From an uncultured bacterium (lineage in GTDB: Bacteria > Chloroflexota > Dehalococcoidia > Lucifugimonadales > UBA3495): a stretch of 54,969 nt of DNA. A program made the translations under genes and the position numbers. Location of the stretch: contig CAXEOX010000006.1 in assembly GCA_963997925.1 (NCBI GenBank), positions 1-54,969 of the forward strand. The letters run 5' to 3'. This document shows, piece by piece, positions 7,385 through 17,374 of the stretch. Every line of letters begins with the position of its first letter. The first letter of the stretch is position 1. Under the pieces are notes generated by a model, which saw only the letters and a list, made by a program, of their open reading frames with translations, did not search any database and had not been told where the DNA came from.

Positions 7385-10042
7385 GTGACGCCGATACGCC
7401 GCCAGTACCTGAAGATTAAACATTCCTTCCCTGACGCCATTGTCCTATTTCGTATGGGCGATTTCTACGAGATGTTTGACGAGGACGCTCGAGTCGCCGC
7501 CAGGGACCTGGAGATAACCCTCACCTCTCGAAGCATGGGCAAGGACGTACGGGTTCCCATGGCCGGGTTTCCCGCCCACGCGATGGAGAACTACCTGGCC
7601 CGTCTGGTAAGACGGGGTCACAAAGTAGCGATCTGTGAGCAGCTCACCGACCCGGCCGCCAGTAAGGGATTGGTGGACCGGGGGGTGGTTCGGGTGGTAA
7701 CGCCGGGCACCGTGGTGGAGTCGGCCCTCCTCGACCAGAACTCGAACAACTTCCTGGCTTCGGTTATCCTCGATGGAGACTCGGCCGGATTGGCCTACGT
7801 GGACGTTACCACCGGCGAGTTCGCTGCCACCCAACTTAACCTGGCCCAACTCTCCCCTGAACTAGAACGCGTCGCTGCGGCCGAGGTGCTTTCGCCTCGC
7901 TCGGATGACCCGGATCAGCCCTCCCTTTCCCCATCGTTAGCCGGCAACGGCGGAGGCCCTACCCTTTTGGACCCGGTCTGTTTCGAATACGAAGCCGCCC
8001 GCTCTGCTTTGCTGGACCACTTTGGGGTTGCGTCACTGGAGTCTTTCGGGTGCCAGGACCTGCCCTTGGCTGTCCGGGCCGCCGGGGCCATCGTAGACTA
8101 CTTGGGGCAGACACAAAAGTCGGGCAAGCTTCAGCTATCCAATCTGGCTGTTTACTACACCTCGGAGTTCATGGCTCTGGACAGCCAGACTCGCCGCAAC
8201 TTGGAGCTATTCGCCGCTGGCCGGGCTGAAAACAAAGACTTGTCCTTGCTGGCTACCCTGGATCTGACCAGAACCCCCATGGGCGGCCGGTTGTTGCGCC
8301 GTTGGCTGGGTCAACCGTTGCTTGAACTGGATGATTTGAACCGCCGTCTGGACTCGGTCGGATATTTCCACGACGACGGCTTTCGTCGGTCCAATACCAC
8401 CGCGCTTCTCTCCCACATCCCAGATATGGAGAGAATCTTGGGCCGGATAAATGCCGGGCTGGTCGCTCCCCGGGAGTTGCTGGCATTGAAGGAAGGCCTG
8501 GATGCCGTTCCGGGACTGGTGGAACAACTCTGCGCCCCTCTTGTAGGATCGGATGCGGAGGCCGGCAGCGGTGAAACCGGTTCGGATGAAACGGGTTCCA
8601 TGGATTGGTTAAGCCGGGAATTGTCTCCAATCCCGGAAGCCGCCGCCCTCATCGAAAGCTCCATAGCTGCTGAGCCGTCGGGCGCGGTGGGTGAGGGCAA
8701 CGTGATTCGGCAAGGCTTTTCGCCGGAGTTGGATGAACTGAAGCGAGCCTCCCACGACGCTCGGGGATTTATCGCCGGATTGGAGCAGAAGGAGCGTGAA
8801 CGCACGGGGTTGAGGGGCCTGAAAGTCGGCTACAACCAGGTGTTCGGCTACTACATCGAAGTAAGCAAAGCCAACGTGGCCCAAGTGCCCGAGGAATATA
8901 TCCGCCGCCAAACCCTGGTCAATTCCGAACGCTACATCGTTCCGGAGTTGAAAGAGTACGAGTCACTGGTGCTGAACGCCCGGGAGCGCCTTGATGAACT
9001 CGAGAAATCGCTTTACCGTCAGATATGCGGCCAGATCAGCGAGTCAGGATCGGCGATATCCCGCTTGGCCACCGCCATCGCCCAATTGGACGTCTTTGTC
9101 AGCCTAGCGGAAGTGGCGATGCGCAACGACTACGTCCGGCCGCGCCTGGACATGGGCGGCGTCATCGACATCAAGGATGGGCGCCATCCGGTGGTTGAGG
9201 GTGTGCTGGGACCGGGCGACTACGTACCCAACGATGTCTATCTGTCCAACGATGATGCCCGGATAATCGTTCTTACAGGGCCTAACATGGCGGGGAAGTC
9301 GACCTTCATCCGGCAGGCGGCTATCATCACCTTGATGGCCCAGATCGGCAGCTTCGTGCCTGCGTCCCAGGCCGTCATCGGATTGGTGGACCGGATATTC
9401 ACTCGGGTGGGGCTACAGGACGATCTGACCACTGGCCAGTCCACCTTCATGGTGGAGATGGTGGAGACGGCGGCTATATTGAACCAGGCCACTCCACGGT
9501 CCTTGGTGGTGTTGGACGAGATTGGACGGGGCACCAGCACCTATGACGGCATGTCCATCGCCCAGTCGGTGATTGAGCATCTGCACAACGACCCGCGACT
9601 GGGTTGCAAAACCCTTTTCGCCACCCATTATCACGAGTTGACCCAACTGGCCGGCACTTTGCCGGGAGTACGCAACTTCACCGTCGCAGTCGCGGAAGAG
9701 GATGGCGATGTCATCTTCCTGCATCGGATCGCTCCAGGGGGCGCTGACAAGAGCTACGGCGTTCACGTCGCCCGGTTAGCTGGTTTACCCAGTGGCGTAG
9801 TCAACCGGGCCTGGGAGGTGCTCTCCGAACTGGAGGAGAGTAACAACAGGGACGGTCGTCCCATCGGCAAGAAGAGCCGCCGGGACCGGACTCCGGACCT
9901 CCAGATGGCCTTATTCAACCCGGCGCAAGCCCTGGCCGACGAGGTCAAGGCGTTGGACATACCCAACCTAACACCTTTGGAGGCCATCAATCGTCTCTAC
10001 GACTTGCAGCAGAAAGCCCGGAACCCTGGGGATAATGTCTAG
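7385..10042 (+). CDS. mutS: DNA mismatch repair protein MutS
   Basis: FRMGDFYEMF, TGPNMAGKST, DEIGRGTST, FATHYHEL, SYGVHVARLAGLP. Confidence 0.97.
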   Translation: MTPIRRQYLKIKHSFPDAIVLFRMGDFYEMFDEDARVAARDLEITLTSRSMGKDVRVPMAGFPAHAMENYLARLVRRGHKVAICEQLTDPAASKGLVDRGVVRVVTPGTVVESALLDQNSNNFLASVILDGDSAGLAYVDVTTGEFAATQLNLAQLSPELERVAAAEVLSPRSDDPDQPSLSPSLAGNGGGPTLLDPVCFEYEAARSALLDHFGVASLESFGCQDLPLAVRAAGAIVDYLGQTQKSGKLQLSNLAVYYTSEFMALDSQTRRNLELFAAGRAENKDLSLLATLDLTRTPMGGRLLRRWLGQPLLELDDLNRRLDSVGYFHDDGFRRSNTTALLSHIPDMERILGRINAGLVAPRELLALKEGLDAVPGLVEQLCAPLVGSDAEAGSGETGSDETGSMDWLSRELSPIPEAAALIESSIAAEPSGAVGEGNVIRQGFSPELDELKRASHDARGFIAGLEQKERERTGLRGLKVGYNQVFGYYIEVSKANVAQVPEEYIRRQTLVNSERYIVPELKEYESLVLNARERLDELEKSLYRQICGQISESGSAISRLATAIAQLDVFVSLAEVAMRNDYVRPRLDMGGVIDIKDGRHPVVEGVLGPGDYVPNDVYLSNDDARIIVLTGPNMAGKSTFIRQAAIITLMAQIGSFVPASQAVIGLVDRIFTRVGLQDDLTTGQSTFMVEMVETAAILNQATPRSLVVLDEIGRGTSTYDGMSIAQSVIEHLHNDPRLGCKTLFATHYHELTQLAGTLPGVRNFTVAVAEEDGDVIFLHRIAPGGADKSYGVHVARLAGLPSGVVNRAWEVLSELEESNNRDGRPIGKKSRRDRTPDLQMALFNPAQALADEVKALDIPNLTPLEAINRLYDLQQKARNPGDNV

Positions 10043-10067
10043 TTTCATGTCTTGCGACACAAAACCG

Positions 10068-10211
10068 TGTTCCCCCGATTGAAGCGAGGGGTCTCAGAGC
10101 TTCTTGGGAAGGAGTCGCATGGGCGGATGCCGTCTCGATTGCAAGCCCAGGACTGTCTTGACCACGTAGACATGGGATTCATCGCCGCCTCCGGCCGGTG
10201 TCGGAATGACA
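10068..10211 (+). mobile_element. 144-nt MITE/REP-like element, copy 1
   Basis: Terminal inverted ends TGT...GGAATGACA. About 96/144 ungapped identity (hand count) to the reverse complement of 13111-13254. Confidence 0.7.
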
Positions 10212-10414
10212 TTGAAGCGCTGTTGGCGATCGGCAATCCTATTTCGGAGTGATGATGGGTGCATTGCACTAACACTATCTTTGCCCGTTGTGCGCACGGA
10301 TTAGTCCTTGACGGGCGCTCACGCTAAACCACTGCCGGGAACATCCCGATGGCCGTTAGCACAAGGTAGAATAACCGACGAGTCTTGATTAGATTAATCA
10401 CTGATGGAGGAACC

Positions 10415-10768
10415 ATGAGCAAAACCGCCTCTTTTTATTGGTGGCCCCGTTGATCGTCTTGCCGCAAGGTAAGAGAGTTGCTCTTACAGAACGGCGTTCA
10501 GTTGGAGGAAAGGGACTACTTCAAAGACCCCTTCTCGGAATCGGAGATTCGGGAGTTGGCCCAAAGCGATAGCATCTCCGCCATGTTTGCCCGCCGCAGC
10601 CCTAGCCTCAAAAAGCTGGGGTTGGCCGACAAGGAGTTGTCCGAAGAGGAGATGGTGTCTTTGATGCTGCAAGAGCCGCGATTAGTGCGACGTCCCTTGG
10701 TACTCATGGATGGAAAGTTGCTGGTGGGGGCCAACATCAAGGCGGTGGAGGCAGCCCTGGCGGAATAG
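10415..10768 (+). CDS. ArsC/Spx-like thioredoxin-fold selenoprotein (117 aa, UxxC, Sec at TGA 10451-10453)
   Basis: GGAGG SD, then ATG 10415: MSKTASFYWWPR-TGA-SSCRKVRELL, continuing in frame into ORF 10478-10768 (RDYFKDP...EPRLVRRP). Confidence 0.88.
10469..10487 (+). promoter_or_regulatory. SECIS-like hairpin (ArsC/Spx-like gene)
   Basis: GTAAGAG-AGTTG-CTCTTAC, a perfect 7-bp stem starting 16 nt after TGA. Confidence 0.7.
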
Positions 10769-10909
10769 GGCTTGCCGGATGCAGGTTTGCGCCATAGACA
10801 ATGAGCAACTTCCGGTGCTAGATTGCAATGTATTCGGAGCGTAGGTTACGATATAATCACATCCTCGGTTCCCAAATCTTGCTGTTGAAAGAAGGTCCCA
10901 GATTAGTCC

Positions 10910-11347
10910 ATGAATATATTCTTCGATGTTGACTACACTATCCTGGGACTGGACGATAGCCTGCGTCCCGGAACCTTGGAAACCCTTCAAAAAATCAAAG
11001 ACGACGGCCACGAGATCTACATCTGGTCCGGGATGGGTGAGCGCTGGGAAGTGGTCAAGAAGCACAACCTTGAGCCTCTGATCAGCGGCGTCTATGAGAA
11101 ACCCACCCATCACTTCCAAGAGCGTTTGGAGGAACTGGGCGTGCCCTTCGAGCCGGATTTCGTCATCGACGACTATCCAGAGATTGTCGCTGCATTTAGC
11201 GGCGTGTGGGTCCCGCCCTACTTCTTCAAGCGGACGGTCGACCAGGAGATGGACCGCATCTATCGGATAGTTTGCGATGTCGTCGAGTCTGGGTCTTCGG
11301 AAGATCGTCAGTACAAGGCCAAAGGCTCTATCATTCCTCTCTTTTAG
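10910..11347 (+). CDS. Cap-less HAD-superfamily hydrolase/phosphatase
   Basis: FFDVDYT (DxD), IWS, K, VIDD motifs. Confidence 0.75.
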   Translation: MNIFFDVDYTILGLDDSLRPGTLETLQKIKDDGHEIYIWSGMGERWEVVKKHNLEPLISGVYEKPTHHFQERLEELGVPFEPDFVIDDYPEIVAAFSGVWVPPYFFKRTVDQEMDRIYRIVCDVVESGSSEDRQYKAKGSIIPLF

Positions 11348-11356
11348 GGCTCTGCC

Positions 11357-13069
11357 ATGCCCATCAAGGTGCTCCCGCCGGACCTGGCCAACAAGATCGC
11401 CGCTGGGGAAGTGATTGAACGACCTGCGTCGGTGGTTAAAGAACTGGTTGAGAACTCCCTGGACGCCGGCGCAACCCGAATCGTCGTTGAAGTCGCCGGG
11501 GGTGGCACCGAGAAACTTCGTGTTACCGACGACGGCGAAGGTATCACTCCGGCGGAACTAGAGATCGCCTTCGCCCGCCAAGCCACCAGCAAACTACAAA
11601 CCCAAGAGCAACTTGACGCCATCGCAACCCTGGGCTTCCGGGGCGAGGCTTTGCCAAGTATCGCCGCCGTTTCCCGCCTGACGATGACCACCCGCCCCCA
11701 CGAGGCTGACGCCGGGCAGCGCATCGCCATCGACTGGGGCAATGTGTCAGCGGATGGACCTCAGGGATGCCCGGTGGGAACCTCGGTGGAGGTTGCCGAC
11801 CTCTTCGGTAACATGCCGGCGCGCCGCAAGTTTCTGAAGTCAAATTCCACCGAGACGGGCCGGGTCCAAGAGTTGGTGGCCCGCTACGCCCTTGCCTACC
11901 CGTCCGTAGCTTTTCAAATGGTCAACGAAGGCCGCCGTTTGCTAACCAGTTCCGGCAACGGCCAGCCACGGGAAACGCTGCTGGCGGTCTACGGAGCCGA
12001 AGCTGCCGAAGATATGCTGGAGATTCACGGCGAAGATCCGGAGAACGGCTACGACGTCGACGGCTTCATCAGCGCACCCAACCTCCACCGCTCCAACCGG
12101 ACCTACATGGCCTTCTTCGTCAACCGGAGATGGATTCAGAGCCGGATGCTGTCCTTCGCTTTGGAAGAGGCCTACCACGGCTTGTTGCCGGAGCGCCGCT
12201 TTCCCATGGCCGCCATCAACTTGACCGTGCCTTACGGCGAAGTTGACGTTAACTCCCACCCGGCCAAGCGCGAGGTGCGCTTCCATCAGGAAGGCAAGGT
12301 TTTTTCCGCATTGCAGAGAACAGTCCGGGCCGCGCTGATCTCAGACTCGCCGGTGCCTCCGCTACAATCGCCTAGCGGTCCTTCTACTCGGATGATTTAC
12401 CCTCCGTCGGGAAACCAATCGTATTTCCCCAAGACCGTGTTCTCCGGCCAGCAACAAGAGGCATTCTCCGGGCCGGTTGACGCAGCGGCTCCCGTCTCCG
12501 CCGCACCTCCGCTGAAAGTTGTGGGCCAGGTCAAGCTGACCTACATCGTCGCTGAAGGACCGGATGGCATGTTCCTCGTGGACCAGCACGCGGCCCACGA
12601 GCGGATATTGTTCGATAGGATCCAGGCCACGGACGCCGGGGAGCAGCCTGCGGAAAGTTTGCTGGAGCCCGCCATGGTGGACCTGTCGCCGGCCCAGGTC
12701 GAGGTCTTGCAGAAGAATTCCGAGACTCTGACCCGATACGGGTACCGGATAGAGTCCTTCGGAGCCAACGCCTACCTGGTGCGGGCGGTACCCAGCATCT
12801 TGAGCGATCAGGATCCGGGACAAGGGTTGCTGAACGTTCTTGATATGGTGGCCTTCGAGGGGTTGCTGCGACAACAAGAAGACGTGCTGGCTGCTTCGAT
12901 TGCCTGCCACAGCGCCATCAGGGCCGGGAAGTCGCTGAGCGATGCCGAGATGCGGTCTCTGCTTGAACAGTTGGAGGCCACGACGAATCCCCACACCTGT
13001 CCCCACGGCCGCCCTACCATGCTTCACTTCAGTTCTTTCCACATGGAGCGGGAGTTCGGCCGGCGTTAG
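11357..13069 (+). CDS. mutL: DNA mismatch repair endonuclease MutL
   Basis: IAAGEVIERPASVVKELVENSLDAGA, GFRGEAL, DQHAAHER, ACH, CPHGRP. Confidence 0.97.
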   Translation: MPIKVLPPDLANKIAAGEVIERPASVVKELVENSLDAGATRIVVEVAGGGTEKLRVTDDGEGITPAELEIAFARQATSKLQTQEQLDAIATLGFRGEALPSIAAVSRLTMTTRPHEADAGQRIAIDWGNVSADGPQGCPVGTSVEVADLFGNMPARRKFLKSNSTETGRVQELVARYALAYPSVAFQMVNEGRRLLTSSGNGQPRETLLAVYGAEAAEDMLEIHGEDPENGYDVDGFISAPNLHRSNRTYMAFFVNRRWIQSRMLSFALEEAYHGLLPERRFPMAAINLTVPYGEVDVNSHPAKREVRFHQEGKVFSALQRTVRAALISDSPVPPLQSPSGPSTRMIYPPSGNQSYFPKTVFSGQQQEAFSGPVDAAAPVSAAPPLKVVGQVKLTYIVAEGPDGMFLVDQHAAHERILFDRIQATDAGEQPAESLLEPAMVDLSPAQVEVLQKNSETLTRYGYRIESFGANAYLVRAVPSILSDQDPGQGLLNVLDMVAFEGLLRQQEDVLAASIACHSAIRAGKSLSDAEMRSLLEQLEATTNPHTCPHGRPTMLHFSSFHMEREFGRR

Positions 13070-13110
13070 CTAGCACATTCGAACAATTTTTCAGCCGGTT
13101 TTCATAACAT

Positions 13111-13254
13111 TGTCATTCCGAGTCCTTTCGCGAAGGGCGAGGAATCTCAGGTCAACTTCAGCAGGGCAGTTTGGGGTTTGCATCGCTGCCGGGATTCAGC
13201 CTTGCAAATGTTCTCGGAGAAGCCCTGAGACCCCTCGCTGCACTCGGGGTGACA
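13111..13254 (-). mobile_element. 144-nt MITE/REP-like element, copy 2 (inverted relative to copy 1)
   Basis: TGTCATTCCGAGT...GCGAGGAATCTCAGG pairs with CCTGAGACCCCTCGC...ACTCGGGGTGACA. Confidence 0.72.
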
Positions 13255-13275
13255 GTTTTGGAATGGAAGAGGCGG

Positions 13276-14136
13276 CTATATTCCTAGACAGTAACGCCGG
13301 CCCTCGGCTCGCATCACTTTACCGAACCCGCTGTGATGGCAGATCGCCAAAGTAGCATTCTCCGACTCGGACCGTTCCAACATGCCCGTCCTAGTCTGGA
13401 CAGCGACAACGGGTTCGGCATCGAAACTGAACACCCACTCAGGCTCGGTTACCTGGGCAGGACCGTGAAATACGTCGCCCATGATGTAAGCCCGTTCTCC
13501 CGACGAGACGACAGCCAAGCTCATTGAACCGGGAGTATGGCCCGGAGTGGGGATGGCGGTGATTTCGCTGGTCAGAGCATGTTCTCCGGCCAAGAAGTCG
13601 ATGACACCGTGGCTTTCCAAGGGAGCCAGTGTCTCTTCCCAGAAGGTCAGTCCGAATATCTCCTGATCCTTGGGCGTGCGGAATATCTCCCAGTCGGCTT
13701 GGTGAAAAACGTACCTAGCGCTTGGAAAGGTGGGAGATCCACCAGCTTGTGTTAGGTTCCAACCGACATGGTCCGGGTGCAGATGGCTTAAGAAAACGGT
13801 GTCAACGTCGCCGGGGCTAACTCCGGCGGCCTGCAATTCGTCCAGCAGCCGACCGTCCGTTCCTCCGGCGAAAGCGGAGACTGTTCCGGGGTTGGTGGCC
13901 ATACTGCCGGCTCCGGTGTCCATCAGAATCGTCTGTCCCGCCGACCGGATCAAATAGCATTCAAAGTGGATTCGCAGATTGTCAGTCCCATTGAACCCTT
14001 CCGGATATTTCTGCTGATAGGACGTCCATGCTTCCGGCGGCACGTCGGGGAAGGTCATGGCGAGAGGCAGGGCAGCTTCGTTATCGTGCAGGGCTATGAT
14101 TTCCACGTTGCCAACGGTTAGTTTGGCTCCAGCCAT
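13276..14136 (-). CDS. MBL-fold metallo-hydrolase
   Basis: SHLHPDHVG, TPGHTPG, GDVFH. Confidence 0.9.
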   Translation of the reverse strand: MAGAKLTVGNVEIIALHDNEAALPLAMTFPDVPPEAWTSYQQKYPEGFNGTDNLRIHFECYLIRSAGQTILMDTGAGSMATNPGTVSAFAGGTDGRLLDELQAAGVSPGDVDTVFLSHLHPDHVGWNLTQAGGSPTFPSARYVFHQADWEIFRTPKDQEIFGLTFWEETLAPLESHGVIDFLAGEHALTSEITAIPTPGHTPGSMSLAVVSSGERAYIMGDVFHGPAQVTEPEWVFSFDAEPVVAVQTRTGMLERSESENATLAICHHSGFGKVMRAEGRRYCLGI

Positions 14137-14173
14137 GGTCCACCTCCATAAGCGTTAGTGTGCTGCTACCAAA

Positions 14174-14259
14174 ATCACCCCCGAGTCAGACTTCTCACCG
14201 TCGAAGGGAAAGGTCTTATCCGCTCCCGGTATATTGGGAATGGCTAGAGTGGGGGTGAT
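14174..14259. repeat. Degenerate palindromic intergenic repeat
   Basis: ATCACCCCC...GGGGGTGAT termini with internal C/G-rich hairpins. Confidence 0.45.
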
Positions 14260-14371
14260 GAGCGGTTGGTAGAGCGTGCCTAGCAACCGCAGTCATGGAG
14301 TGACTATGTCGGAATCCGGCCTGACAACATTAGACCGGCCGGACGTGGTCCCGTATATGCCGGATCCGCCT

Positions 14372-14605
14372 CTAGGAGGATCGAGTGCGACGGGGGTCAG
14401 TGCGGGGGTCTTGGGCTGGGTGGAAGATGGAGTCCTCTCCGGGAAATTCTTGGGCTGCCGCAGCGGCAGTGGAATCCGAGTCGCGACGTCCCAGGGTAAA
14501 GGGAAGGGACACTGCGGCGGCTGCGGCTACGCCAAGACCGAGCTTGGCCAGGAAACCCCGTCGCGACTGGCTGCCGGTTACGGATTCGGAAGATTCAACA
14601 CTCAC
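14372..14605 (-). CDS. Small twin-arginine (Tat) signal protein
   Basis: SRRGFLAKLGLGVAAAAAVSLP is a canonical Tat motif plus h-region. AGGTG SD precedes GTG 14605. Confidence 0.65.
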   Translation of the reverse strand: MSVESSESVTGSQSRRGFLAKLGLGVAAAAAVSLPFTLGRRDSDSTAAAAAQEFPGEDSIFHPAQDPRTDPRRTRSS

Positions 14606-14752
14606 AACAAACACCTACTAAAGTTTACTAGGCGCCCTTGCGCCTCCTGGAACGTCTTGGCGGATTCGATTCTACACCGCCACTCAAGCTATTTTACTTG
14701 GTGGGCCGGATTTTGCAACTGCCGGGATGGTATAACCATCTGTTTCCTGCAG

Positions 14753-16084
14753 TTAGTCTACCGGCTCACCGGCGTCTTCTAGAACCATTCTGGCTACCTG
14801 CCGTCCCATGCGCACCGAATAGTTGGTGCCCCGGTCTTCGGGATAGATCTGGGTCGTGTTCGCCAGATACAGGTTCTTGATGGGCGTCCGGTGGTCCGGG
14901 ATACGCTGGCTATAGTTGATGCCGATGATTGGCTGGGCGCCGTCCACCTTGTGGTGGTGATACTCCAGTATCCATGAAGGGTCGAAATCGGGGTTGAGTT
15001 GGCGCAGATGGGGGGTAAACTCTGCCACCAACTCCTCGGCGCTTTTCTGATACAACTCGCTGTCCCGGTCGGGGTAGTTAGTGAGGTAGACGATGTGGTG
15101 TCCCCCATAAAGGGACCGGTCAATCATGTTGGTGTGCTCAATGATTCCAACAAAGGGGAGATCGTGGTCGGCTATGCTTATCCAATACTTGTCGGTCAGC
15201 GGCCGGTCCAGAATCAGAATGACCAGCACTGCCGAGAGGTATTGGACGTTCACCAACTTGTCGTGGTAGTCATCGGGCAAGTCCGGAACCAGGCGGGTAA
15301 AGATGTAAGAGGGAGTCGTTGCGATGATGGCGTCGTAGTTTCTGGGTTCAGCTTCTCCGTCCGAAAGCTGTACTTCCAATCCGGTGGCGTTGTTGTCTTC
15401 GACCAGTACCCGGTTGACCCCGGCGGATAGATGGACATCGCCGCCTTGCTGAGAGACTCGCTCCCCCAGAACGTCAAAAACCTCGCCGAAGCTTCCCATG
15501 GGGTAGCCTAGACGCTCTTTAGCCATACCCTTGCCCCGGGAGGCGACCCGGAGGTAAATCTTGCCCCAGATCCAAGTCATGCTGACTTGATCGTAGTAAT
15601 CGCCGAACTTGCCCCGTAACAGCGGCTCCCAGATAACCCGGTAGGCCTCGGCGCCCATGTGCTTCACCAGCCAGTCCCTGGCCGTTACTCCTTCGAACTT
15701 GCGCCAGTCCTTAGTCTTTTGCAGCAAGAAGGTCCAGAACCCCACCCGGATCCGCTGGAGCAGTGACAGGGGCTTGAACCGCATCAGGTCCATGGGCGTG
15801 CCGAAATTCCATATCGTTCCGCCGTGATATAGTCCCACCTTTGATTCCAGCCAGGCCAGCTTGTCACCCAGTCCCAACTCGTGAATCAGGTCGGTGATGG
15901 CCACGTCGCTGACGAAAAGGTGGTGGTAACCCCGCTCCAGTTGGCCACCTCCCACCGGGAAGGTCGAAGCCTGACCACCCAAGAAGGGAGTTCGCTCGAA
16001 CACTTCGGCATAATGGCCGCGCTTCGTCAGCTCATAGGCCGCAGCCAAGCCCGCCGCCCCGCCGCCGATGATTCCTACTCTCAT
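14753..16084 (-). CDS. FAD-dependent oxidoreductase (protoporphyrinogen/amine oxidase-like)
   Basis: MRVGIIGGGAAGL...FE...GG, ERGYHH, IYPEDRGTN. The ATG overlaps the upstream stop (ATGA). Confidence 0.85.
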   Translation of the reverse strand: MRVGIIGGGAAGLAAAYELTKRGHYAEVFERTPFLGGQASTFPVGGGQLERGYHHLFVSDVAITDLIHELGLGDKLAWLESKVGLYHGGTIWNFGTPMDLMRFKPLSLLQRIRVGFWTFLLQKTKDWRKFEGVTARDWLVKHMGAEAYRVIWEPLLRGKFGDYYDQVSMTWIWGKIYLRVASRGKGMAKERLGYPMGSFGEVFDVLGERVSQQGGDVHLSAGVNRVLVEDNNATGLEVQLSDGEAEPRNYDAIIATTPSYIFTRLVPDLPDDYHDKLVNVQYLSAVLVILILDRPLTDKYWISIADHDLPFVGIIEHTNMIDRSLYGGHHIVYLTNYPDRDSELYQKSAEELVAEFTPHLRQLNPDFDPSWILEYHHHKVDGAQPIIGINYSQRIPDHRTPIKNLYLANTTQIYPEDRGTNYSVRMGRQVARMVLEDAGEPVD

Positions 16085-17175
16085 GGTAGTTCTTCCAATG
16101 GCGGACCGCTCCATTCCGCGTCAGGCTCCGGTTCTGGTACATCGCCGGCTCCGATGAGTTGCTTGATGGATAGATTCTGCTTCCACGCCAATGCCAATCC
16201 GAGTAGATTCACCGGCAGCCATAGGGCTATCAGGTGTACGAATCCGGCATAAGCGGCCCCAACCGACGCTCCGACACCCATGGCCAAAAGTGTTTGCTGG
16301 GCCACAACTTCAAAGGGCCCGATGCCGCCGATGGCCGAGGGGAGCGACGTCGCCAGGTTTGATGTGGCGGTCAGGAGCAGAACGACCAGGATAAAAGTCC
16401 AGACGGAACCGAAGAGTTGGTCGATCCCGAAGGAATAGCCAATCAGGAAATAGGTGGAGGCTTCAAACAGCCAGACCGGAAGGGAAAAAAGGAAGAGAGC
16501 CATGTGCTGCTTTGGCGAACTTAGCACCTTCAGTCCCGCGACGAAGGTGAGCACCAGTCCTTGCACTTGGCTCCTACCCCACCGGGCCGGGATTATCCCG
16601 GTGCACCATTGGACGAGATCCATGAATCGCGGGACCACGGACAGACAGGTTAGAAATCCTAATGCCCCCAAGAATAGGGCCACCATCAACCCGCCTATCA
16701 ATACCCATGCGGTACGGGAAAGGCCGCCGCCGCCGTCGAGCTGACCTAGCAAGAATAGGACCGGCGCTGAAACGGCGGCAAAGGCCAGAAGGGTTACACC
16801 GTCGTAGACCCGCTCCACGGCGATGGTGGCCAGGGCTGCGCTGGTGTTGAAATTCTCCCTCTGGGCCAGGTAGTAGGAGCGGACCAACTCGCCCAACCGG
16901 GCGGGCAGCAGGTTGTTGGACATGTAACCGATGACAATGACCGGATAGAGCCGGCTCACCGGGAAGGTCCGCATGGGAGAAAGCAGGTATTTCCACCGTA
17001 GGCTGCGGAAGTAGACGGCCACGAAATACAGAGCGATGGCTGGAGCTACGTAGAGGTAGTTGGCCTCCAGAAGGGCGATGCGAATCTCCCCCAGGTCCAC
17101 CTGGTAGAGCAGCAGCAACATAAACAGGGCGCTAACCGCTAGAGCGACCCAGAACCGCCAGTTATTAACCAGCAA
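16081..17175 (-). CDS. Lysylphosphatidylglycerol synthase TM / flippase-like membrane protein
   Basis: RSLRW, NNLLPARLGELVR, ERVYD, PSAIGGIGPFE. Multiple TM helices. Confidence 0.85.
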   Translation of the reverse strand: MLVNNWRFWVALAVSALFMLLLLYQVDLGEIRIALLEANYLYVAPAIALYFVAVYFRSLRWKYLLSPMRTFPVSRLYPVIVIGYMSNNLLPARLGELVRSYYLAQRENFNTSAALATIAVERVYDGVTLLAFAAVSAPVLFLLGQLDGGGGLSRTAWVLIGGLMVALFLGALGFLTCLSVVPRFMDLVQWCTGIIPARWGRSQVQGLVLTFVAGLKVLSSPKQHMALFLFSLPVWLFEASTYFLIGYSFGIDQLFGSVWTFILVVLLLTATSNLATSLPSAIGGIGPFEVVAQQTLLAMGVGASVGAAYAGFVHLIALWLPVNLLGLALAWKQNLSIKQLIGAGDVPEPEPDAEWSGPPLEELP

Positions 17176-17374
17176 CGGCTAGCATCCTCGGTTTGATAAT
17201 TACGATCGGGGTAGTAGAGGTCACTTGTAGTCCCTTCCGCCTCGTCATCGGCCCCCGGTATCCAATGGTATTCAACGTGCCTAGTATACCGGAGCTTGAC
17301 GGCCCCGCTCAAGACGATTCCGGTATTTGGGCCTGCGAATCTCGTAGAACCGCTCTGGATATCAGGCACAACGA

